Shown one piece after another: positions 1-10,023 of a stretch of DNA of 28,556 nt. The stretch comes from Thermodesulfovibrionales bacterium. Its GTDB lineage: Bacteria > Nitrospirota > Thermodesulfovibrionia > Thermodesulfovibrionales > UBA6898. The stretch covers positions 1 through 28,556 of the forward strand of contig JBIOIY010000041.1 in the NCBI GenBank assembly GCA_044450345.1. Direction: 5' to 3'. Each line of letters opens with the position of its first letter. The first letter of the stretch is position 1. The notes beneath the pieces were generated by a model. The model worked only from the letters and a program-made list of their open reading frames with translations, was not told the DNA's origin and ran no database searches. The position numbers and the translations under genes are program-made.

Positions 1-6
1 CAACGG

Positions 7-1632
7 ATGTCTACTCTAACGCTCGCAACCAGCGTATTTGTTCTGTTTGGCGCTGTTCTCCTGCTCATTGCCATCTTGCGGAGTAGGAAGATCCGGAGTA
101 TTGTCCCTCCCGAACTGCAGCGCCGATGGCGCATGATGGTCGCTTTGATGCTCTTTTTTCTCGCCGGCTATATTTGCCTTATCATTATTCTTGTAAAACA
201 CTTAGCATTACCCATCGAACTGATCACGGGCCCCGTGTTTATTGGTGGCGCCTGCTTCGTTTTCATCGTGATTAACCTCACTCGCAGCACAATCGTCAGG
301 ATACGGTCGACTGAGGAAGAACTGCGATTAATGAATGAGTCTCTTGAGAAGCGCGTTATCGAGCGCACACGGGACCTGCAGCTATCCCATGAATTCCTGA
401 GGACCGCTCTCGACAGTCTCAATGACGAGGTTTTGATTATCGATACGAATACTTACAAAATTCAAGATGCGAACGAACCCTTTCTTGCGCAATATGGATT
501 GACCCTGGATAAAGTGATTGGTAAGACTTGTTACGAGGTCACGCATAACAGGACTGATATCTGCTCTCCTCCGCACGATCTTTGCCCTCTTTTGGAAACC
601 GTGAATACCACCGGCAGGTTCGCCATGACGGAGCATATACACTATGACAAAAACGGAAGAAAGATTTATGCCGAGGTATCCACCTCCCCCATCATGGACC
701 CCGACGGGAGCATCCGACAAGTCGTCCATGTTACACGCGACATAACCGAGAGGAAGCAAGCCGACGAGGCGCTTCGGAAAAGCGAAAAAAGATATAAGGA
801 CCTTTTTGATTCCACCCGGGATGGAATCTTTCAGGTAAATGCTGAAGGCTTTTTCACGATGATGAACCGTTCGGGGGCAGGAATCTTCGGCTATGAGACT
901 CCTGAAGAGATAATCGGAAGGAACGCCCTGGAGTTCTGGAGAGACCCTAAGGACCGGGACGTATATCGGAAGGAATTGACAGGGAGGAAATCCGTGAGTG
1001 CGTATCCTATGGGGGCCAGGAAGAAAAACGGAGAACCCATAGAGCTTGAGTCATCAACCCGGATAATAGAAGATGAGAGCGGCAATTTTCTCGGCATCGA
1101 AGGGATACTGCGGGATGTGACAGGACGCAAGCATATGGAAGAGGAGCTGCGTTCCATGTCGCTGAGAGACGAACTCACGGGCCTTTACAACCGGCGGGGA
1201 TTAATAACCCTGGCGGCACAGGAGTTGAAAATGGCCGATCGACTGAAAAGGGGAATATTTATACTTTATGCCGATTTAGACGGGCTAAAGGTAATCAACG
1301 ATACACTGGGTCATGAGGAAGGCGATAGGGCCATAAAAGAGACCGCCGTCATCCTGAAGAAAACTTTCCGAAATTCCGATATCATCGCACGCATCGGCGG
1401 AGATGAGTTCGTGATTATTCCTATTGGTACCGCCGGGGACAACCTGGATGCGATCACCTCACGGCTACAAAAGAATATCGATATACAAAACGAAAACATT
1501 GATCGCAAATACAAACTGTCTCTCAGTGTCGGCATAGCATATTACGACCCGGAACACCCTATCACTATCGATGAACTTTTAACTATGGCGGATGCATTGA
1601 TGTATGCTCAAAAAAATAAAAAGAGGTCTTAG
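7..1632 (+). CDS. Membrane-anchored PAS-PAS diguanylate cyclase (GGDEF)
   Basis: Three N-terminal hydrophobic helices and two PAS/PAC domains ending RDITERK and RDVTGRK. GGDEF domain has DELTGLYNRR, DLDGLKVINDTLGH, an intact RIGGDEF active site and an RxxD I-site (RNSD). Confidence 0.93.
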   Translation: MSTLTLATSVFVLFGAVLLLIAILRSRKIRSIVPPELQRRWRMMVALMLFFLAGYICLIIILVKHLALPIELITGPVFIGGACFVFIVINLTRSTIVRIRSTEEELRLMNESLEKRVIERTRDLQLSHEFLRTALDSLNDEVLIIDTNTYKIQDANEPFLAQYGLTLDKVIGKTCYEVTHNRTDICSPPHDLCPLLETVNTTGRFAMTEHIHYDKNGRKIYAEVSTSPIMDPDGSIRQVVHVTRDITERKQADEALRKSEKRYKDLFDSTRDGIFQVNAEGFFTMMNRSGAGIFGYETPEEIIGRNALEFWRDPKDRDVYRKELTGRKSVSAYPMGARKKNGEPIELESSTRIIEDESGNFLGIEGILRDVTGRKHMEEELRSMSLRDELTGLYNRRGLITLAAQELKMADRLKRGIFILYADLDGLKVINDTLGHEEGDRAIKETAVILKKTFRNSDIIARIGGDEFVIIPIGTAGDNLDAITSRLQKNIDIQNENIDRKYKLSLSVGIAYYDPEHPITIDELLTMADALMYAQKNKKRS

Positions 1633-1695
1633 CCCGAACTGTCCTTTCCGCCTCGGCTGATCAGACGTGGTTTACGCCTTGCAATAAAGAGAGTT

Positions 1696-1715
1696 TCGGC
1701 AACGCTCGGCAACGC
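1696..1715. repeat. Exact 10-bp tandem duplication (TCGGCAACGC)x2
   Basis: Read directly at 1696-1705 and 1706-1715. Confidence 0.85.
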
Positions 1716-1778
1716 CCCCAGCTTATCCCGTTAGAAATAAAGCTCCTCTGGAAGTGCTAACTTGTTAATGATTTAACG

Positions 1779-1806
1779 TTGACAGCGCCTTTAATTCTGA
1801 TACCCT
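1779..1806 (+). promoter_or_regulatory. Candidate sigma-70 promoter upstream of the hybrid kinase
   Basis: TTGACA (1779-1784), 16-bp spacer, extended -10 TGaTACCCT (1798-1806). A second candidate, TTGACT-16-TAACAT with TGn, lies at 1905-1932. Confidence 0.45.
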
Positions 1807-1840
1807 GTAAATTCCTGTAAATATATAGTAAATGTCTGTA

Positions 1841-1902
1841 TCTGGTGAGTGTCTGGTGAGTGTCTGGTGAGTGTCTGGTGAGTGTCTGGTGAGTGTCTGG
1901 TG
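1841..1902. repeat. 11-bp tandem repeat (TCTGGTGAGTG)x5 plus a partial copy
   Basis: Five perfect copies at 1841-1895, then TCTGGTG at 1896-1902. It is outside the kinase frame, which has an in-frame TGA at 1917. Confidence 0.97.
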
Positions 1903-1922
1903 GGTTGACTCTTTGCTGAGAG

Positions 1923-4900
1923 GTGGTAACATTGGATAAGAGAGATAAGGGATCAGAACTTTTGCGAAAATCAGAAGGGGAAGGGAATGCAGACGCGCAC
2001 CCAAAGAGGATGAAGGCTGTCCGAACTGGCGGTGGGACCCACAAGAACTCCCAACAAACATTCGAAGCACTCGTGAGTTGCTCGCCCCTTGCCATCATTG
2101 CTGTCGATCCGGCCGGGAATGTCACTATATGGAACCCGGCTGCCGAACGCATCTTCGGGTGGAGGGCGGAGGAGGTCCTGGGTGGCCTGAATCCCATTGT
2201 ATCCCCGGAAAGGCAGGAAGAATTCCACTCTCTACTTAAAAGCATACTGGAAGGCACAGCGTGCTCCGACGTCGAAACAACCAGGAGAAGGAAAGATGGT
2301 TCGGACCTCGACGTAAGAATATCGGCCTCTCCGGTCTTCCATGCCAAGGGCGGAATAAGCGGCGTCATGGCTGTGATCAACGACATCACCGAGCAAAAGC
2401 GCGCGGAACAGAAACTGCGGGAAAGTGAAAAGAAGTTTCGTGCCTTGTTTGAATCATCCCATGATGTCATCGTGTTTTTAGACAGAGCGGGCAACATTAT
2501 AAATATTAATCCCCGTGCGGAAACATTGACAGGCTACGCCAAGTCCGAATTGTGCAAGATGAATGTCTTTGACGACTTGATTATTGCGGAAGACCACCCC
2601 ATTATCCGCCAAGTCATCAAAGATGCATTTGAGGGGCGGACCCGGACCTATGAGGAACGCTGGAAAACAAGGGGGGGAGAGATTATTTGGTTTGAAGGTC
2701 TGACCCTCCCACGACGATCTCCACAGGGGGAAGTCTTATCGACTTTTTGCACCCTGCGCGACATAACGGACCGAAAACTAGCAGAGGAAAAGTTGCGCCA
2801 GAGTGAGCGCGACCTCGCAGAGGCGCAAAGGGTGGCAGGGCTGGGCAACTGGATATTGGATATCGTCACCAATACCGTGAGATGGTCGGAAGAGCTTTAT
2901 CATATTTTTGAGGTCGAAAAGACCGAGTTCGACGGCACGTATGAGTCTTTCATGAGCCGAGTCCATCCCGACGACAAGCCGCTAGTACTGGAGATTAACA
3001 AAAGAGCCAGAGAAAGTGGAGAACCCTTCGAAGTTGAATATCGCACCGTGACGCGAGCCGGCCGGTTGAAGCATATCAGGGAGATCGGATATGCCATGAA
3101 GGACGCCGAGGGTAGGGTAGTCGGCTTGTTCGGCACCGCCCAAGACATCACCTGGAGCAAGCGGATGGAAGTAGCGCTTAAACAATCCGAGGAGGTTCTC
3201 AGGGGCGTCATAGACAATCTAGCCATAGGCGTCTCCCTCATAAGTCCTGAGATGGAGATATTGATGCTTAACAAGCAGATGCTACAATGGTTCCCCGGTA
3301 TAGATGTATCAAAAAAGCCGATTTGCTACAGTGCATTCAATGTGCCGCCGGGGGAGGAAATCTGCAGCTATTGCCCTACCTGTAAGACCCTGATGGACGG
3401 GGATGTTCATGAGTCAATAACCGAATCACCTGCGGGAAATGAGATCCGAAATTACAGGATCCTCTCGTCTCCAATTCGGGACAAGGACGGCAAGATTACA
3501 GCAGCCATTGAGATGGTCGAAGATATCACCGAGCGCAAGAGAACTGAGGAGGCCCTCAGAGCGTCGGAGCGTCAATACCGGCAACTGGTGGACAACGCGC
3601 TTGTGGGCGTATACAAGACGACCCTCGAAGGGAAGTTCCTCTATGTAAACGATGCGATGGCCAGGATATTCGAATGCGAAAACGCGGATGAAATGCTGTT
3701 GCTGCCCGTCGGAATACGATACAAGAAGCCCGAGGACCGAGAGGCATTCCTGAATATCCTTAAGGACAGGGGAAAGGTCCCCTATTATGAGATCGAAGTT
3801 CCCACAAAGACCGGGAAACTGAAAACCATTGTCATAAGCGCCGTTCTTGATGACGGGTTCATCGCGGGAATGGTCACCGACATCACCGAGCGCAAAAAGG
3901 CTGAGGATGCGTTGCAGAAGATCGAAAAGAGATACAAAGACCTCTTTGGCGCTACCCTCGACGGGATCTATCAAATAGATGCCGACGGTGTCTTCATTCT
4001 GATAAATTCCGCGGGGGCAAAGATGTTAGGCTACGAAAGTCCCGATGAGATAATCGGCAAAAAGGGCCTGGAATACTGGAGAGACCCCAGGGACAGAGAT
4101 GCCTTCAGGGCCGAGCTGAATATTAAGAAATCTGTGAGCGGTTACCATATGAGGCTTAAGAAGAAAAACGGGGAACCCATAGAGCTTGAAACATCGAGCG
4201 CCATAAAAGAGGATGAAGAAGGCGCTTTTCTTGGTATGGAGGGAATTCTGCGGGACGTAACAGAACGCAAGAAACTTGAAGCCCAACTCCGTCATGCACA
4301 GAAGATGGAGGCGGTCGGCACGCTGGCAGGGGGCATTGCTCACGATTTCAATAATATCCTCAATGTGATAATAGGGTATGGCTCCATGGTGCTGGACAGG
4401 CTGGAAGACGATAGTATTTCGAAGGATCAGATGAATGAGGTGATCGCCGCTGCCGAGAGGGCTGCGAATCTCACCAAAAGACTTCTCACCTTCAGCAGAA
4501 AACAGATTACTGAAGTGAAGCCGATTGACGTCAATGGTACTGTCACCGGCATCCATAAAATGCTTGTCCGAATCATCGGCGAGGATATCGATTTTAATTT
4601 TGATCTTGCGGACAAAAGGTTGGTAGTGATGGCGGATGCCGGGCAGATAGAACAGGTACTTATGAACCTTGCTACAAATGCCAGGGACGCAATGCCCAAC
4701 GGCGGACGGCTGACGATCGGCACCGGCCTTGAGGAAATAGATTATGAATATATTGCTTTAAATGGATATGGAAGGCCCGGAATGTATGCGCTTATCACGG
4801 TTTCTGATACAGGGCACGGAATGGATGCGGAAACTCAGAAGAAGATATTCGAGCCTTTTTTTACAACGAAAGGTCTTGGAGAAGGAACAGGGCTCGGCCT

Positions 4901-5423
4901 TGCGATCTCCTATGGAATAATCAAGCAGCATAACGGATACATCAAGGTCTACAGCGAACCTGGACAAGGCACTGTATTTAAAATATATCTGCCTCTCATT
5001 GAAGAGTCGGCATCCCTGGAGAGGGAGACAGAGGCCCCTGACGCTATCAAGGGCGGAAATGAGACTGTCCTCGTCGCCGAGGACGACGCTTCCCTGAGGG
5101 ACCTGTCAAGGATAGTTCTGGAGTCCTTCGGCTACAGTGTTATCACCGCAGAGGACGGGGAAGATGCTATCGCAAAATTCATGGAAAACAGGGAAAGGAT
5201 CCACCTTGTCATGCTTGACATGATCATGCCGAAGAAAAACGGTAAAGAGGTCAGTGAGGTGCTCAGGAAAGCGAGCCCGGGGATAAAAATACTCTTTTTG
5301 AGCGGATATACGATGGACATTATCAAAAGCAAGGAACTGATGGAATCCGGCGTTGACTTAATCCATAAACCCATAAGGCCGCAAGACCTTTTGAGAAAGG
5401 TGAGGGAGGTCCTGGATAAATGA
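1923..5423 (+). CDS. Cytoplasmic multi-PAS hybrid sensor histidine kinase (about 6 PAS/PAC, HisKA, HATPase_c, REC)
   Basis: Repeated PAC ends (DITEQK, DITDRK, DITWSK, DITERK x2, DVTERK), H-box [10 protein letters not shown]-box [30 protein letters not shown] and a C-terminal receiver (LDMIMP). Start is uncertain: GTG 1923, TTG 1962 or ATG 2010. Confidence 0.93.
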   Translation: MVTLDKRDKGSELLRKSEGEGNADAHPKRMKAVRTGGGTHKNSQQTFEALVSCSPLAIIAVDPAGNVTIWNPAAERIFGWRAEEVLGGLNPIVSPERQEEFHSLLKSILEGTACSDVETTRRRKDGSDLDVRISASPVFHAKGGISGVMAVINDITEQKRAEQKLRESEKKFRALFESSHDVIVFLDRAGNIININPRAETLTGYAKSELCKMNVFDDLIIAEDHPIIRQVIKDAFEGRTRTYEERWKTRGGEIIWFEGLTLPRRSPQGEVLSTFCTLRDITDRKLAEEKLRQSERDLAEAQRVAGLGNWILDIVTNTVRWSEELYHIFEVEKTEFDGTYESFMSRVHPDDKPLVLEINKRARESGEPFEVEYRTVTRAGRLKHIREIGYAMKDAEGRVVGLFGTAQDITWSKRMEVALKQSEEVLRGVIDNLAIGVSLISPEMEILMLNKQMLQWFPGIDVSKKPICYSAFNVPPGEEICSYCPTCKTLMDGDVHESITESPAGNEIRNYRILSSPIRDKDGKITAAIEMVEDITERKRTEEALRASERQYRQLVDNALVGVYKTTLEGKFLYVNDAMARIFECENADEMLLLPVGIRYKKPEDREAFLNILKDRGKVPYYEIEVPTKTGKLKTIVISAVLDDGFIAGMVTDITERKKAEDALQKIEKRYKDLFGATLDGIYQIDADGVFILINSAGAKMLGYESPDEIIGKKGLEYWRDPRDRDAFRAELNIKKSVSGYHMRLKKKNGEPIELETSSAIKEDEEGAFLGMEGILRDVTERKKLEAQLRHAQKMEAVGTLAGGIAHDFNNILNVIIGYGSMVLDRLEDDSISKDQMNEVIAAAERAANLTKRLLTFSRKQITEVKPIDVNGTVTGIHKMLVRIIGEDIDFNFDLADKRLVVMADAGQIEQVLMNLATNARDAMPNGGRLTIGTGLEEIDYEYIALNGYGRPGMYALITVSDTGHGMDAETQKKIFEPFFTTKGLGEGTGLGLAISYGIIKQHNGYIKVYSEPGQGTVFKIYLPLIEESASLERETEAPDAIKGGNETVLVAEDDASLRDLSRIVLESFGYSVITAEDGEDAIAKFMENRERIHLVMLDMIMPKKNGKEVSEVLRKASPGIKILFLSGYTMDIIKSKELMESGVDLIHKPIRPQDLLRKVREVLDK

Positions 5424-6484
5424 GGGAAAAGATACTTATCGTCGACGATGAGGAAAGAAATCTCAAGCTGCTCACCAAGTGGCTCATTCCATTGGGCTAT
5501 GATATTGAGCTTGCCCTGACCGGAAAAGAGGCGGTGCAGAAGACCAAGGACTACAGACCCGACCTGGTAATCCTTGATATCATGATGCCGGTTATGGATG
5601 GCTACGAAGCGTGCAGTCTTATAAAAGCAGACCCGGAGACAAAAAACATACCGATAATTATGGTGACGGCGCTTCATGACAGGGAGTCAAAGTTAAAAGG
5701 TCTCTCCGTCTCCGCAAATGATTTTCTTTCCAAACCCATCGACCAGACCGAATTAACTATACGCGTCAAAAACCTTCTCAAGATCAAGGCATTCGAAGAC
5801 TTTATGCTCAGGAATAATCAGGTACTGGAAGAGGAGGTCCGAAAAAGGACACTGGAGCTTGACGATGCCTTTAGAGAGCTGGAAAACATGAGTAGTGAGA
5901 TGGTTGGGAAATTGACGGCCGCCGCTGAATTCAGGGACACGGACACAGGCGCTCATATATCGCGGGTAGGGTTTTATTCCCGCGAGATCGCCAGGGGGCT
6001 GAATTTGCCCCTGGATTTTATCGAAACTATAGCCTACGCAAGCCAGCTGCATGACATAGGCAAGATAGGAATTCCGGACAGCATACTGCTGAAACCGGGA
6101 CCCCTTACCAGGGACGAATTTGAGATCATGAAGACGCATACGTCCATCGGCGGGAAGATACTCTCAGGTTCAACCCATCAAAAGCTTCAAATGGCAGTTT
6201 CCGTTGCATTGAACCATCACGAACGGTGGGACGGCGGAGGATATCCGAGGGGGCTCAAAGGAGAGAAAATACCGCTTGAGGGAAGGATCGTCATGCTCGC
6301 CGACCAGTATGACGCTCTGCGGGGTCAAAGGGCCTACAAACCGGCGTTTGACCATCAAAAGACGTTCAAGATTATTGCAGAGGGCGATGGCAGGACATTG
6401 CCGGGACACTTCGATCCGGCAGTCCTCATGGCCTTTAAAGAAATCGCACCCTTGTTTGAAGAGATATTTGAACAGCACCAATAG
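5420..6484 (+). CDS. Response regulator with HD-GYP cyclic-dinucleotide phosphodiesterase domain (RpfG-like)
   Basis: REC domain (VDDE, LDIMMP, SKP) plus [17 protein letters not shown] and RAYK. ATGA overlap with the kinase stop. Confidence 0.94.
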   Translation: MREKILIVDDEERNLKLLTKWLIPLGYDIELALTGKEAVQKTKDYRPDLVILDIMMPVMDGYEACSLIKADPETKNIPIIMVTALHDRESKLKGLSVSANDFLSKPIDQTELTIRVKNLLKIKAFEDFMLRNNQVLEEEVRKRTLELDDAFRELENMSSEMVGKLTAAAEFRDTDTGAHISRVGFYSREIARGLNLPLDFIETIAYASQLHDIGKIGIPDSILLKPGPLTRDEFEIMKTHTSIGGKILSGSTHQKLQMAVSVALNHHERWDGGGYPRGLKGEKIPLEGRIVMLADQYDALRGQRAYKPAFDHQKTFKIIAEGDGRTLPGHFDPAVLMAFKEIAPLFEEIFEQHQ

Positions 6485-6694
6485 GGCTTAGCACTGCAGG
6501 TGTGAGAAATTGCGCTCTTTTGAACCCGCCGGGCAAGGTTGAACCCCCGCTCCATACCATCAAAACCCGTCCTCTGCAGCCGCTGCAGAAAAGATTTTGC
6601 TCAAGTGCAGCCGCCTCTTTTCTGTCTATGTGCAAAGCAAAAACCCGGGTATTTTCGTTATAATAAGAAACCAATTTATTCACGAGGGGAATAT

Positions 6695-7351
6695 ATGAAA
6701 TTTTTTATCGACACGGCAAACGTTGAAGAGATCAGAAAGGCCTATGAACTCGGGCTGATCGACGGGGTCACGACCAACCCCTCTCTTATGGCGAAGGAAG
6801 GCAAAGACCCGGTCCAGGTCCTTAAAGCCATCTGCGGCATTGTCAAGGGCCCGGTAAGCGCCGAGGTGGTCGGTACGACCGCCGATGTCATGATTAAGGA
6901 GGCGAAAGAACTCGCCGCCATACATAAGAATATCGTCATAAAAATACCGATGATCGAAGAAGGACTGAAGGCGGTCAAAAAGCTGTCGGGCCTCAGAATT
7001 AAGACGAACGTCACCCTTGTCTTCTCCCCTGCCCAGGCGCTCCTTGCCGCCAAGGCCGGCGCGTCCTTTGTAAGCCCTTTTGTAGGCAGGCTCGACGACA
7101 TCAGCCATGACGGCATGGCGCTGGTTGGCGACATGATCGATATTTATGATAACTACATGTTTGGGACCGAGATAATCGTCGCCAGTATCCGCAACCCTCT
7201 CCACGTGGTCGAGGCCGCCAGGATGGGAGCCGATATCGCGACGATCCCCTATTCGGTATTAACGCAACTGATCAAGCACCCTCTCACTGACATAGGGCTT
7301 GAGAAATTCCTTAAGGACTGGGAGAAAGTGCCAAAGAAGGCCAAGAAGTAG
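6695..7351 (+). CDS. tal: Transaldolase (small TalC/Fsa-like family)
   Basis: [16 protein letters not shown], Schiff-base Lys in IVIKIP. Glu in VSAEV and Phe in SPFVGR indicate a transaldolase rather than F6P aldolase (Gln/Tyr). Start moved to ATG 6695, which follows the SD GAGGGG. Confidence 0.92.
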   Translation: MKFFIDTANVEEIRKAYELGLIDGVTTNPSLMAKEGKDPVQVLKAICGIVKGPVSAEVVGTTADVMIKEAKELAAIHKNIVIKIPMIEEGLKAVKKLSGLRIKTNVTLVFSPAQALLAAKAGASFVSPFVGRLDDISHDGMALVGDMIDIYDNYMFGTEIIVASIRNPLHVVEAARMGADIATIPYSVLTQLIKHPLTDIGLEKFLKDWEKVPKKAKK

Positions 7352-7384
7352 GGGCAGAGCGGATTACTAAGAGGACCTTTAAAG

Positions 7385-7597
7385 ATGCCTATTTACGAAT
7401 ATAGATGCAACGCATGCAGTGAAGAGTTTGAAAAGCTCGTCTTTGGGAACAAGGATGTCGATTGCCCGAAATGCTCATCACGGGACATAAAGAAGAAGAT
7501 GTCCACCTTCGGCATGAGCGGGGTTGAAAAACCATCTGCCGGGTCATCATCCGGCTGCGCCTCATGCAGTAAGGGGACGTGCAGTTCCTGCCACTAG
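7385..7597 (+). CDS. FmdB-family zinc-ribbon protein
   Basis: MPIYEYRCxxC...CPxC with a C-terminal CxxCxxxxCxxC tail. SD GAGGA. Confidence 0.88.
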   Translation: MPIYEYRCNACSEEFEKLVFGNKDVDCPKCSSRDIKKKMSTFGMSGVEKPSAGSSSGCASCSKGTCSSCH

Positions 7598-8040
7598 GGA
7601 CGCGGATACTGCTGTTCAGGAAAGATAAAGGGGTTAGCCCTTATTATCCCGGAGAGTTTCAGCGGTCTGCCCTCCATTACGAAGACTGCCATCCCCCGGT
7701 CTTCAGCCTTTTTCCCCCCAGCGGTCCATTTGCTTTTCCACGTAACATTCAGCATTACCTTGTTCTGTTCGATCTCCACCCACCTTGGAGTAAAGGCAAG
7801 CTCTATGCCGTCATACGATTTCTTGTTTGCGGTTATGTCCTTATAGCCGCTCTCCGTAGCGTTTTTCTGGATGGTTTCACGGTCATTCTTTATAAATGCG
7901 TCCCTGATCTTCTCAGTCAGCGCGAAGGCCTCTTCGGCCGTCTTTGATTCCTGGGAAACCGGCTTGACCTCCTTTTTCCCACAGGAAAAAAGAACCGTAG
8001 CGGCAATTAAAATCGTTAAAAGAAAAGCAATTTTTCTCAT
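7594..8040 (-). CDS. Hypothetical lipoprotein
   Basis: MRKIAFLLTILIAATVLFS-C lipobox signal from ATG 8040, with a purine-rich SD (AGGGAAGG). Its stop shares CTAG with the convergent FmdB gene. Confidence 0.8.
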   Translation of the reverse strand: MRKIAFLLTILIAATVLFSCGKKEVKPVSQESKTAEEAFALTEKIRDAFIKNDRETIQKNATESGYKDITANKKSYDGIELAFTPRWVEIEQNKVMLNVTWKSKWTAGGKKAEDRGMAVFVMEGRPLKLSGIIRANPFIFPEQQYPRP

Positions 8041-8211
8041 ACCTTCCCTTTCATTCAGTAACATAGCTTCGCTAATAATAAAACGGCACGGTTTATTTTT
8101 GCAATGGTACATGTCCAAAAAAGGCTTGCCCTCTCTAATAATTTAATGCTATCCTTTGTTGGGGATTATCAGCAGGAACCCCTTATCGTGTCGAGGCAAG
8201 AAAGGGACCTA

Positions 8212-9745
8212 ATGCTCTCTAAGGTATTGAGCGCGAGCGTCATAGGGATCGAAGCATACAAAGTCGAGGTTGAGGTAGACATCTCTTCCCGAGGACTTCC
8301 TCATTTCTCAATGGTCGGGCTGCCCGACGCAGCAGTGAAAGAAAGCCGTGACCGGGTAAGGGCGGCCCTGAAAAATATCGGCTTCAACTTCCCGCTAAAA
8401 CAGATCACCGTCAACCGTGCCCCGGCCGATCTCAAGAAAGAGGGCTCGGCATTCGACCTTCCGATTGCGGTCGGCATCATATGCTCCGAGGGACTGATAG
8501 AACAAGAAGCGATCAGCGGATATCTGTTCACAGGTGAACTTTCACTCGATGGGAGGATAAAGCCTGTCAGGGGCGCCTTGTCGATGGCGCTCAAGGTCAG
8601 AGGGGCGGGACTGAGAGGGATAATACTGCCTTCTGAAAATGCACCTGAGGCTGCAGTTGTCAACGGTGTAAACGTTTACGGCATCAGTAGCCTTCCGGAA
8701 GTCGTAGATTTCCTGCGAGGGGCAAAGGATTGTTCGCCTTACGCGATAGACATCCCCGAAAAAATGAAGGTTTTATCGGTCTATGAAGATGATTTCTCCG
8801 AGGTTAAGGGGCAGGAACATGCAAAGAGGGCTCTTGAGGTATCTGCTGCAGGCGGGCACAACGTGCTTATGGTCGGTCCTCCAAGGTTCAGGGAAGACAA
8901 TGCTTGCAAAACGCCTGGCGACCATCTTGCCGGGCATGACATTCGATGAGGCCTTGGAAACAACCCGTATCCATAGTGTCGCAGGCCTGCTCAGAGACGA
9001 CCAGCCTCTCCTTGCTACAAGACCGTTCCGCTCCCCCCATCATACAATTTCAGACGTCGCACTGATAGGGGGCGGACAGACACCGAAACCCGGTGAGGTA
9101 AGCCTTGCCCATAATGGATTGCTCTTCCTCGATGAAATTCCTGAGTTTAAGAGAAATGTCCTCGAGGTCCTGAGACAACCGATAGAAAACGGAGAAGTCA
9201 CTGTGTCACGCGCAGTCGCATCCGTTACATACCCCGCATCGTTTATGCTCGTAAGCGCTATGAACCCCTGTTTCTGTGGATTCTTCTCGGATCCACGACA
9301 CCAGTGCACATGTACGCCCGGTCAAATTTACCGATATCGCAGGAGAGTTTCAGGCCCGTTACTCGACAGGATTGACATCCATATTGAGGTCCCGGCAGTT
9401 CCCTATAAAGAATTGTCGACTGACTATGTGGGAGAGAAGTCGGAAGACATAAGAAAAAGGGTCGTCGCGGCGAGAGACATCCAGCTCGAAAGATTCAAGG
9501 GAGATAAGATCTACTGCAATGGCCAGATGAAGACCCGGCACATAAAGAAGTTTTGCAGGCTGAAGGAAGATGCCCAAAATCTTCTTGAAACGGCAATGCA
9601 TAAACTCGGGTTATCGGCGAGGGCGTATGCGAGGATTCTGAAACTTTCGCGCACCATAGCGGATTTGGAATCGTCGACTGACATCCAGTCGAATCATATC
9701 TCGGAGGCGATACAATACAGGACGCTGGATAGAGGGCAGTATTAG
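8212..9745 (+). pseudogene. comM: ComM/YifB Mg-chelatase-like AAA+ ATPase with a +1 frameshift in Walker A
   Basis: The N-terminal part ([34 protein letters not shown]) and the C-terminal part ([37 protein letters not shown]) are in different frames. An extra A at 8883/8884 splits GPP-GSGKT. Confidence 0.9.
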
Positions 9746-9939
9746 GAAATCGCAGGCGGAGGGCGGGACGAGAAGTATTCCATGAAATTAAAGTGCTGCT
9801 GCTTTCCCATGGCCGCGGATTCCCACTCTTCGAGTGATTGAAGGGTCATGATTTCCGAGTAATTAACTAAATTCGGCGCTTCTTTTTTGACTTCTCCTTC
9901 TTTTTGAGAATATTAATAAAATATCTTATTGCATAAACA

Positions 9940-9994
9940 TGCTACACTATAGATGCTGGTTGTTGTGCACGGACGTGCAGGACAGAGACCGGCA
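9940..9994 (+). promoter_or_regulatory. Extended -10 promoter and 5' leader hairpin of infC
   Basis: TGcTACACT at 9940-9948. Stems TGCTGGT/ACCGGCA, TGTT/GACA and TGCAC-GGAC-GTGCA span 9954-9994. Confidence 0.5.
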
Positions 9995-10023
9995 AAGATT
10001 ACTGTAATAAAGGAGGACACACC

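Noticed and set aside
1290..1330. Hypr-type (cGAMP-forming) GGDEF
   Set aside because: The specificity position is Asp (GHEEGD), as in ordinary c-di-GMP cyclases.
1841..1902. Tandem array as a CRISPR
   Set aside because: The 11-bp units are contiguous with no spacers, and there are no cas genes.
1757..2497. Minus-strand ORFs with THQTLTRHSPD repeats
   Set aside because: They are translations of the DNA repeat plus the antisense of the kinase, with no independent coding signal.
6539..6694. Cys-containing N-terminal extension of transaldolase
   Set aside because: The family begins at MKFFIDTA. An SD precedes ATG 6695 and a TATAAT (6659-6664) lies within the supposed extension.
7594..7597. 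Convergent genes sharing a CTAG stop overlap
   Set aside because: It is real but a common compact arrangement, with no further signal.
8875..8895. Programmed frameshift in comM
   Set aside because: There is no slippery heptamer or long homopolymer. Mutation or sequencing error is simpler.
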